Of a stretch of 64,000 nt of DNA, positions 12,030 to 22,333 are shown piece after piece. The notes beneath the pieces are model-generated. The model was given only the letters and a program-made list of their open reading frames with translations. It was not told where the DNA came from and did not search any database. This DNA comes from Leucoraja ocellata (lineage: Eukaryota). The stretch lies in the NCBI GenBank assembly GCA_036785375.1, contig JAWMAR010001270.1:124001-188000 (forward strand), read 5' to 3'. The first letter of the stretch is position 1, and every line of letters starts with the position of its first letter. The position numbers and the translations under genes were made by a program.

Positions 12030-13244
12030 GTGAGAATTATACACATCTTACGGTATTCTCGGTCTTAATCATAATGGTGGTTAAAAAAAACAAGGGCAGT
12101 AAATGCTATTCGATTGCAAAACAATAAAACAATTGAGAATAAAACTGACCATTAACAATGACAAAAATAAATCTCAAGATATAAATCTTACATCTTCCCA
12201 TGTCAATGTTTCAATCGTCGTATATTTTTGTTGTCTCCATCGGTTACTGAATTCACCGAAATTCGGTAGTGGTGCCGAAGCCGACGGATATTAAGCAGAG
12301 TGCAGTGATAACACTTTCAATCTACCAAGTATGCAATGGGGTCAAGGAAGGAGCGTTCACGTCGCGGCCCTGTTTCCACCAATCTTTCCACCACCACGCA
12401 CTAGAAGAACAAGAACAGACACCATTGTATGCAGATGCCGAGACGTGTGTTCAACTCTGGATGAACATCTTGTGTGTGGTCTCGATAAGAAGAGTACGCA
12501 ATGTTGGATGATTTCAGCCCAAGGACACTATGAACAACTCTATTTCCGAGCGACCATTGATTTCCTGACAATTGTGCAGGCAGGTTCAACGTAGAATCTA
12601 CCCCATGGGAATATAGGTTAAACTGTCTATCAGCGAATCTCAAAATTGCACTTTGCATTATCAGCATTTTTAATACGTAATATTAAATGTTTGCTACTTT
12701 AAGTTTACTGTTCGTCTGCCCCCTAAAGCAGATTCCATTTACGTTCATACAAATGATCGGCAATAACGAAGAAAGCTAATGTTGTTCTGTGGGCCAGTAA
12801 TGATTAGAAGCACCGAAGATCAACACTAAGTGAAATCAGGGAAAGAAAATTAATGAAGAATGGCAAAAAAAAATCTGATAACATTTTGCTACCGGCAGAT
12901 CACTGGAAGATCGCTAACTCAACTAAACAACACTAAAACACACAATAATCCACCCCAGCAGTAGCGCGCAATACAGTTTTAGAATAAACTACTGTTTTCT
13001 CAACTCATTAGAAGCAGTTCCCCAACTTGCAGTAAAGCACTTTTATTCCCGTGCCCGTGTATCATTAAAGGTGACGGATAACAATTCCATATTTGTTTGC
13101 ACGTTGGTGCAGTCTCATGGATTAGTATGAATCCTGAAATGTATATACATTCTCTTTGAGACTGGTAGTATTTTGTTACAAAATCGTATTCTTTGTGCCA
13201 CCAGAGGGTAATTGACTAATGGCCGATATAAATTACTTTCACAG

Positions 13245-13373
13245 ACTAAAGATGATAGATTCTACGTTATATCATGTCGATTTGCAGTTACTCAACACCA
13301 ATCAGCAGTAACATTTAACCAGAAAGAGGAACATGTACCTTATGCAGATGGAAATGTTTTAAAGAAGGAGTGA
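13245..13373 (+). pseudogene. Orphan terminal exon with degenerate ITIM/ITSM (TKDDRFYVISC...HVPYADGNVLKKE*)
   Basis: Acceptor region homologous to 30006 and 2756. ISC aligns with LTY, and VPYADG aligns with TVYADV. Confidence 0.6.
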
Positions 13374-15171
13374 AGCTGGGAATCGAAGCTGTAGACTGTG
13401 AATAATTGCAGGCGGAAATATTGCTACTTTCTGATCATTGCAGCCAAGCTAATGAACTCCCATGGTAACAATCGTTGGAGCTGCAGGTCGTTTTCACCTG
13501 CATTGAGTCAATGCTTTGGTGTAAATGACCATCATCTAACAAGCATCCAACACTTTCTGAAAGCAGGGATGAAAGTGCCAGTTTGCATTTGGTGTATTTT
13601 AAAAATCGTGTTTGTTTATTTTACTTCTGTTCTCAAATGTGAATAATTTCGCTGGTGCTTTGTGAAGAAACTATGGCCACGTCCGTTCGTGATAACATGT
13701 CACTTAATGATGTCTGATTTAAAAAAAAATCCGCCGATTATTCAGTTGTGCAACCAATATATTTTCCCTTCATTAAATTCCATGCTTTTTCAATGCACCT
13801 GAGCCTTTGTCCTCTCATTTGTTTCGAAATACACTAACGTCAACACAAACCAGAGAAGGAAATCCGAAGAAACCCATCAACCAATCAAGTGCACTACCAT
13901 TGAATACACTTGTAATGAAATGGTATTAGTCAGTCATGTGATGATAGCCTGGCGGAGCAAAGCGCCTCAGTGAGGTCAGTGGCATAGCCACCTACAGTGG
14001 AACAGAAGATGTAAGTTCTGTCAGGTGCCAGTTCTGCACGGATGGTTCCATTTGCCCAGACATTACTGTTGGTAACTTCATGTGTTCCACGTAAAAAGCA
14101 AAGCAAATCAGTACGTGCATCAGCATGTAGTGACTGGAAGCACCAGCAGACCTTGGCGGACTGAGCACACACACGCGCGCATACACACACACCCTTCCCT
14201 TCTTACATATACAACCGCCGCCTTCTCGACATGACAATTTCACCCATCAACTGCATCCACCTATCACTGGATCGGTTTTGGCCCACCCCAGCTATCTTCC
14301 AGCTTAATCCACACTATTCTGAAGAAGGGTTCTAACCTGACACGTCGTCTGCCCATTCCCTCCACAGATGCTGCATCGCCTGCTGAGTTCCTCCAGCGCT
14401 TTGCTGTTTTTCTCATGATCCCAGCAATGACAGTCTCAAATATCTTAATGTGTAGTAACCGTCCATGCAGCTCCCTGCGGACTGTGTTCTGGATGCTGAA
14501 ACAGTGCGCCCACTTGTCACTGTATTCATCCTGTACGTCCCATTATGAACTCAATCAGATAAATAGATGGAAAACTAATGTCATTTAATCAAATACGATT
14601 GATTCGTCTTGGATGAATTATGATTTTCAACAGATCCTGATAATTAATTACGAAAAAATATATGGTGTCACAAGAGACTGAAGGTGCTGGAATCTTGAAC
14701 TGCAAGAAATCAGCAGGCAGGCAATATCTGTTGAGGGAAATGGAGAGACGACCTTGCGGATTGGATCCCGTCTTCAGACTGACCTTCAGAAATGTATGTC
14801 ACTTGGTCACTTAAATAGGTAGATTTCTGTTTACATTAAATCCATTGTGCTGTATTCAACTAAAGGTGTGAATTAAATCGTCCACACTGGATGGTGATGC
14901 AACTTAATAAATATCAAGACTGTGCACAAATTGCAAACTGTTTATGATTATTTCCACTGATGCACCTATGACATAGTGAAATAATGTGAATGCCAGAGTG
15001 TGCCACAGGCCATATGTATACTCTTGCTCTTGGGATAATGTGGCAATTTATTTGTGTTTGCCTATCCCTTCTCGCTTCTCAAAAGCGCGATTTCCCCTTA
15101 TCTGAAATTATAATCTACTGCTCTTGTGAATAGTTTAATAACATTAACTCTTGTGAATGAGTTTAACTTGT

Positions 15172-15305
15172 CATAAGGTCATAAGTGATAGGAATAGAAT
15201 TAGGCCATTCGTCCCATCAAGTCTACTCTGCCATTCAACCATGGGTGATCTATCTCTCCCTCCTATCTCCACTCTCCTGTCTTCTCCCCATAACCCCTGA
15301 CACCT
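15172..15305 (-). mobile_element. Short CR1 3' end
   Basis: cataaggtcataag...taggccattcg...ttctccccataaccc. Confidence 0.65.
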
Positions 15306-15639
15306 GAATTTCCATGAACTCGTGCCACCGACTCAAGCAGCGGGCCACATACCTGCAAATCTGGATAATTTATTTCAAAATCAAGTATCCACAAGATTGA
15401 CCAGGACAATTATCTGCAAAGTCTCTTCGCTAAGTACTATTCCTAATGACCACAGGAAATCGATTTCCCACAGTTTAGTAGCGAAGCATAAACCTCCGCA
15501 TAACCTACCAGATCTCCCATTACTAAACACTTTAACATCCCCATCAGAGTGGGGCTCAGTGCAAATTGGAGGAAGAGCACCGACTATTTCGCTTGGTAAG
15601 CTTCCCCTACAGTGGTATGAATATTGACCTCCAACTTCA

Positions 15640-16881
15640 AGTAACCCACCTCTCAACCAATACCAATATTGGTGGCCAGTGGGGGGGGGGGGGGGGGGGG
15701 CTTTCTGGAGCGCTAGTATGGTGTTGTGGTCTGAAGGGACTGGTTTCCAGAGGGCTAGTATGGACACAGTGGACCGAATGAATTCTTGGGCTGGCGGCTC
15801 AGTCACACATGCCTGTTGTGCTGGCAGCTCACTCACTCACGGCTGGTGGGCTGGCAGTTGACTCACTGCTATTCCTTGAAATTCCATTACAAGCAGGGTG
15901 CAAGGCCATCAAATTCAAGTGCAGTTTCATACCATTTCAAGCAGGGTGCAAGGCCACTAAAGACAGCAGTCGTCACCTCTCGTACATCTTGCAGAGACTG
16001 AGCCACGCCCACACTTCTGGGTTTTATAGTCCCTCCCACCCCCTCCCACCAGAAGGGGCGGGGCCTTCATGGCGTAATTAACAGGAGAGAGAATATGAAC
16101 ATTTTTTAAAACACTAATAATAACTCTTTTATTTTTCATCGATGGGAAAAATCCTTGGCACCTGATGCGTGGAGGGGTACTCTGAGTAAGATGTCCAAAG
16201 ATCACAGCCGTACATGGTAGCGTTGTTTCTAAAATCAATACAAAGCGTAAACGGGAAGTGGTCAAGATTAGACATGTATTATATTGAAGGCAAAGCAACT
16301 TTAATTGGGCAAGGCAACTTTAATTAGGCAAGGCAACTTTAATTAGGCAAGGCAGCTTTAATTAGACAAGGCAACTTTAATTATGCAACTTTAATTAGGC
16401 AAGGCAACTTTAATTATGCAACTTTAATTAGGCAAGGCAACTTTAATTAGGCAACACAGCTTTAGCATTTCCAAACCAAAGGCAGCACAGATTTAGCTTT
16501 TCCAAGCTATATTTTCAAACCACATTAAGGGCACTGACAGGTCAGTAAAACCACTCACAGTTTAGTAGACATGTGTTCAGTGTTATTTACAGCTCAGATT
16601 GAGAGACATTACCCTCTCGCGCCCCCATCTTGCAGAGACTGACTGAGGCACTCAACACTTCCGGGTTTTATAGTCCCTTCAGGAGAGAGAATCTCAACAT
16701 TTTAAAAACACTAATAACTCTTTTATTTTTAATCATGGGGAAAATCCTCTTATCCTGCACAGCGGAAGGGGACTCTAAGTAAGATGGCCAAAAATCACAG
16801 CCATCAGTGGCAGCGTTTTTTCTAAAAATCAATATATAGAACAACCGGAAGTGGTCAAGATCAGACTTTTAATAATATAGA
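15640..16881 (-). mobile_element. Non-autonomous Helitron-like element with duplicated 5' end; left boundary uncertain (copy ends ~58061)
   Basis: Minus strand starts A|TCTATATTATTAAAAGTCTGATCTTG, similar to the 5' end at 46679. About 15985-16285 is a diverged repeat of about 16626-16880. Confidence 0.55.
16292..16455 (+). repeat. Minisatellite, ~20-bp unit aaggcaactttaattaggc (shorter array at ~57502-57633)
   Basis: Direct tandem repeats without unique spacers. Confidence 0.9.
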
Positions 16882-17277
16882 TATATGTGTGTGTGTAAAT
16901 GTATGTTTTATATACACACACTGGACTATTTTCCCGTTTATTGTATTGCTCACAGTGTACTATCTTTACATATTCTGTTGTGCTGCTGGAATAAAGAATG
17001 TCGTTGTTCTATCTGGGACATATGACAATAAAACGCTCTTGGCGTGTTTTCTTCTGAGACTGGCCACCTAGCTGAAGAATTGGAAATTACGAGAAGCACG
17101 GATAGTGTTTTCGTCGGAACCTATGAAAGATAGGAAGGTATTGCTTTAACATCTAAGGTGTAGAGTTATGCTGGGCCAGCTTTTCACGCAGAAAGTGCCT
17201 AGAACGCATTACCAGGGATGCTGGAAGAAGAGAAGACAGCAGTTTTTAAAGAGTCTTTTCGATAGGCATATAAATAT

Positions 17278-17402
17278 GTACAAAGGAACTGCAAATGCTG
17301 GTTTAAACCGAAGATAGACACAAAAAGCTGGAGAACAGCGGGACAGGCAGCATCTCTGGAGAGATGGAATGGGTGACGTTTCGCGTCGAGACCCTTCTTC
17401 AG
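17278..17402 (-). mobile_element. Penelope-type terminal repeat (related pieces at 14318-14435 +, 18117-18203 -, 23940-24115)
   Basis: Minus strand CTGAAGAAGGGTCTCGACGCGAAACGTCACCC followed by the conserved gatgctgcctgtccc tail. Confidence 0.6.
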
Positions 17403-17876
17403 AAATATTGCAGGCATGGTGGGATGTGGATCATATGCAGATAGAGGAGATTAGTTTATCTTCGCATCATGTTCCGCGTAGACATACTAGGCCGAGAGAC
17501 CCATTGCAGTGTTTAACTGTTGTATGTTTTATAATCTATTTGCTTTCGGAGACCTGAGTTCGATTCTCACTACTTCATCTGCGAATTATAAATCTGCATA
17601 TTTAAATTAAATTATGTATATGCGTATACGCCGTCCTTGCTCTGCTCTTTTTTAGATGCCTCTTATTTGTTTCATTAGGACGAAGCGTATGCCCTTCCGA
17701 ATCAGATATCTTTTGGACTTCTGCTTGTAATTAGCAAACACGAATGTGTCCATGCGAGCTTCTGCAACGTTTCTAAAAAAAAGATGCATCGAAACTAAGT
17801 TTTTTCCATCGTCTACTGACTAACTAATCATCTACTGACTAACTAACTGACCACTGCATTTCTAGCTTGACAAAAT

Positions 17877-17949
17877 AGAAATAACACACAGCATGAAAAT
17901 AGAACTGTTCTCGTGAGTCTGCTGGCGACGTCATGGAAAGGCTTGCGGT
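17877..17949 (+). promoter_or_regulatory. Putative conserved upstream element of gene A (CRE-like / NFAT / RUNX motifs)
   Basis: CGACGTCA-TGGAAA-ggct-TGCGGT. About 30/40 nt identical without gaps to the core of 33827-33900 upstream of gene B. Confidence 0.45.
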
Positions 17950-18854
17950 CGAATGCTGTGCCTATCTGAAACAAACAAGTCACGGACGGCTCGCGTTATC
18001 ATCTTAGAAACTAAAGTGTAGAACAAGAAGTTTAATTTAAGACCATTGAGTAAAAGTCCGCTTCCGTCAATGAAACATTTCTAAGGTTGTACTGTAATCT
18101 TCATTATTTCGCAGGTAGACACAAAATGCTGGAGTAACACAGTGGGACAGGCAGCATCACTGGAGAGAAGGAATGGGTGACGTTTCGGGTTGAAACCCTT
18201 CTTTCCTTTATTGTTCTTTCCCTAATTATTTCGTGTTCGTTCTGGGAAAAAATAAATACGTGGTAAACTTCATCATGGCAATTAAATGGCTGATTTTTAA
18301 ATATAACCATATAATATAACTATATAACAAGTACAGCACGGAAACAGGCCATCTCGGCCCTTCTAGTCCGTGCCGAACATTTACTCTCACCTAGTCCCAT
18401 CTACCTGCACTCAGAACATAACCCTCCATTCATTTCCGTCCATATACCTGTTTCATCATTCTTGCCTGCTTGGAGTCCCGGGTATTTAATATGGTTGACG
18501 CGTTGTCACTTTTGCTCAGAAGAGCAGAGACGTGTGGTGCCTCTCCGGCATAGAGGAGCTGAAATATATCCGTGAGGGTTACTGGTCAGACTACCCCTGT
18601 GCACTTGACCTATGTGGGTGCGCTTAGTTCGTATTCCATACAACATTTGACAAGTTGTGATGATTCTATTGATAATAAGAAGATATCGCCTGTAATTAGA
18701 GGCAACTTCCTGGCATTAACTATAAAGTTCATAGGGGCCGCTCGAATGGATAAGGAGAATGCAGATTGACTGGCAATATGTCGCAATTGATGACCGTCGG
18801 AGATATGCATTTAGTGCATTTACATCTTCAGTCTACATCTAAATTCCAGTTTTG

Positions 18855-19152
18855 TTTAATTTAGTTTAGAGATGCAGCGCGAAAACTGGCCCTTCGGCCC
18901 ATTGGGTCCGTGCCGATAAGCGATCAACGCATATTAGCACAATCCTACCCACGCTAGGGACATTTTTTACATTTACCAAGCCATTTACCTACATGCCTGC
19001 ACGTCTTTGGAGTGTGGGAAGAAACCGGATAAAGAAAGCCCACGCGGTCACGGGGAGAACGTACAAACCCCGTACAGGCAGTCCCCGTAGTCGGGATCGA
19101 ACCCGGGTCCCCGGCGCTGCAAGTGCTGTTAGGCAGCAACTCTACCGCTGCG
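18855..19152 (-). mobile_element. tRNA-derived SINE, HE1/V-SINE-like (copy at ~60035-60332)
   Basis: Minus-strand B box GGTTCGATCCC, core acgttctccccgtgaccgcgtggg...cccacactccaaagacgt, and a LINE-like 3' tail. Confidence 0.8.
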
Positions 19153-19673
19153 ATCACTTGGAAACAAAGTTGTGGCAAGATCATTACTGGATAATGCTAG
19201 ATTGCAGGTACTTTGTAATCTGAAATTAATCACGAAATATTGTGAATTCTAGGCGTCGAGGACAATCTGTGGAGAAAGAGAAACAGTAAATATTTCTATA
19301 TTATAACAGAAATGATCAACTCGAGACGTTAGTTCTATTTCGCAATCTGACCTGTTGCAGGATTCCAGTCAATTCCACCAAATGGGAGAAAACAGTATTT
19401 TCTTGTTAATGGCAATCCAACACATCTTGTCGAAAGGAGAATAAATACGCAATCTAACCAATTATTCCCATCAGACATTGTTAATAATATTTGGATAACG
19501 CATCTGCGATGACGTCATCAACAATGTAAGGGTCTAACGTTATGGAAAACAACATTATGTTGCCCAAAGCTTTCCGCGTCTCCTGTTTACTAAATTAATC
19601 TAATTTAATGAAACTTTAAAAATATAGGAGCCATCTTGGAACCATTTAATCGAAGTTAAATTAATAATGCAAA

Positions 19674-20378
19674 CATGATTGAAGGTAGGCATGCAGGTGC
19701 AGCAGGCAGTAAAGAAAGCGAGTGGTATGTTGGCTTTCGTAGCAAAAGGATTTGAGTATAGGAGCAGGGAGGTTCTACTGCAGTTGAACAGGGTCTTGGT
19801 GAGACCACACCTGGAGTATTGCGTACAGTTTTGGTCTCCAAATCTGAGGAAGGACATTATTGCCATAGAGGGAGTGCAGAGAAGGTTCACCAGACTGATT
19901 CCTGGGATGTCAGGACTGTCTTATGAAGAAAGACTGGATAGACTTGGTTTATACTCTCTAGAATTTAGGAGATTGAGAGGGGATCTTATAGAAACTTACA
20001 AAATTCTTAAGGGGTTGGACAGGATAGATGCAGGAAGATTGTTCCCGATGTTGGGGAAGTCCAGGACAAGGGGTCACAGCTTAAGGATAAGGGGGAAATC
20101 CTTTACAACCGAGATGAGGAGAACTTTTTTTCACACAGATAGTGGTGAATCTCTGGTACTCTCTGCCACAGAGGGTAGTTGAGGCCAGTTCATTGGCTAT
20201 ATTTAAGAGGGAGTTAGATGTGGCCCTTGTGGCCAAGGGGATCAGAGGGTATGGAGAGAAGGCAGGTACGGGATACTGAGTTGGATGATCAGCCATGATC
20301 ATATTGAATGGCGGTGCAGGCTCGAAGGGCCGAATGGCCTACTCCTGCACCCAATTTCTATGTTTATATGTTTCTATG
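19674..20378 (+). mobile_element. 5'-truncated CR1 LINE (copy at ~60854-61547)
   Basis: [17 protein letters not shown]...RRLRGDLIETYKIL...TRGHSL and (tttctatg)n tail. Confidence 0.95.
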
Positions 20379-20833
20379 ATCTTTTTCAGTTTTCGCTTGC
20401 GGTATCACAATATTCTTTTCTATTAAACAATGGGAATATACCGATGCATTTCCTCAAAATGTGGCAAATAAAATTCTTCAAATCCATTTTGTAAGATTAT
20501 TATTGGTCCATTGTTGCAGAACAGCCCTTCGCTGACAGTAGCTTGCAAACATGCACAGAAATCCTTAATTTGTCAGATTTGCCGTGTACTGAGGTTTTCT
20601 CGAACTGCCGCTGGTTTCTTTGCACTGCTGACTTCACTAAAAAAGAAACAACGTGCCGCTTTAAATCTGAGTCCAGTCTTCATTATCTTCAAGACCAGCA
20701 TCACAAACCGGAATGTTCTTGTTGCAGCCCTTCGTTTGAACGGTTAATGTGGACAGACTTACACCCGAAATTACGCAATCTTTACATGGAAGTTCAAATA
20801 GAAGCCATTTACAGAAGCAGTTTTTTTAGCAAT

Positions 20834-21130
20834 AGTTTAGAGATACAGCGCGGAAACAGGCCCTTCGAGTCCGCGCCGACCAGCGATCACCCCGTACATT
20901 AGCACTATCCTGCACGCTAGGGACAATTTACAATCTTTACCGAAGCCAATCAACCTACGAACATGTACGTCTTTGGAATGTGGGCGGAAACCGGAGCGCC
21001 CAGAGAAAGCCCAAGCCAGTCATGGGACGAACGTACAAACTCCATACAGACAGCACCCGCAGTCGGGATCGAACCCAGGTCTCTGGCGCTGTAAGTGCAG
21101 CAACTCTACTACTGCGATACGGTCCTGCCC
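20834..21130 (-). mobile_element. tRNA-derived SINE, same family as 18855-19152 (copy at ~61797-62092)
   Basis: gtttagagatacagcgcggaaacaggccc...gggatcgaaccc...ggcgctgtaa. Confidence 0.8.
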
Positions 21131-22278
21131 GATTTCAGTAATTTAAAAAATATCCAGAGAATTACTGTGTATATTTGGAATATTATGTCCTCCCATTGAA
21201 CGGCACAAGGTCTCTAAGTGAGGCGCATCAAACATTTAAATTACACGAAAATTACTTAACCATTTGGCCTACAACAGGTTTCTGCTCGTGCAATTTAATG
21301 TGTGTTCTGAAGCCAAAATCATTGGTTTGTGCAGAGGAATGTGAGTATAACCACGATACGGGGAAAACATAAATAGTTCAAACCGCCTCGCTCACAACGT
21401 TGGCTTCTTGCCTGTAGTCCAAACTTTAAGTAATCCTTCATTTCTACGATGTTTAAAACAATACTTTGGAGGAAATTATAAGATTAACAGTTTGGTTTAA
21501 ATCTCCCTAATTTATATTGGCCCATTCGATTAATTTACAGCCCCTATTCTCCTGTGTTGTGTGGATGTCAACAGCATAAGTTGATTGCTCTACTGGGCAT
21601 TATCGGAAGAAAAAAACTAGATTTCATTCATACGTTAGCTGTCGCGGCTTGGCGCCAATTTTCTGCTGGACTCCCCATAGAATATTGCTGCAATGGTGTT
21701 TATGAAAATAGTAGAAATATTAGTTAACAAAAACCAGCATGGAGATTTGGTTTTGTAGGAATAGCAACCGGAGTTAGTGTTAAAAACGTCAGATGGAAAC
21801 ATAATCAATAGAAAGCTGCGGATGGCGATGGTGAGGGCTGAACAGGAAGAGACGAAAAGGGTGATTGTTGTTTGAATGTATATAATCGAAAGAGCGAAGG
21901 AGCACAACACAAATTGGGAAGGGAGGGAGATTCAAGGGAAGGTGGGTGTCTACGTGTGTGCATCTAAATATTCACAAGCACTCCTTACCTTATACGCGGA
22001 ACGATTTGTGACAATTAACTGAGTAGGCAGCTGATGCATATTTAATTCCGAGTAAAAATCTGGATGCTACGGGAGGAGGTTGTGAACATGTTTCAGGAAG
22101 TATTGGAAGGCTTTGTTACAATGGGAATGGGCCGAGCTATGACCTCTCCCGCCGCACGAGCCACAGTCGTGGGATATATTACGTCACGGTCACGTTTCAT
22201 ATATTTACTCATAATTTCCTTTTCCGCAGAGCAAGTTTTGAGTAAACTAACAACAAGTTGGCAATTTATTCTTGTAAT

Positions 22279-22333
22279 ATGTCGGTGAAAGTTAGAGTTT
22301 GGTCCATGGCTCTTCTGGTCATACTAACGCAGG
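22279..22333 (+). CDS. Gene A leader (signal peptide) exon, MSVKVRVWSMALLVILTQ
   Basis: ATG plus 18 codons with a hydrophobic core, ending in a phase-1 donor G|gtatag. Same length as the gene B leader. Confidence 0.85.

Noticed and set aside
12729-12775. Possible linker exon between TM3 and its terminal exon
   Set aside because: In-frame TAA and no GT donor (reads aag|ctaat); homology to 26420-26463 is not demonstrable by eye.
16292-16455. CRISPR-like array
   Set aside because: Head-to-tail minisatellite without unique spacers, in a eukaryotic repeat.
19508-19519. Perfect CRE palindrome GATGACGTCATC
   Set aside because: Mutated in the duplicate copy and lacks supporting context; may be chance.
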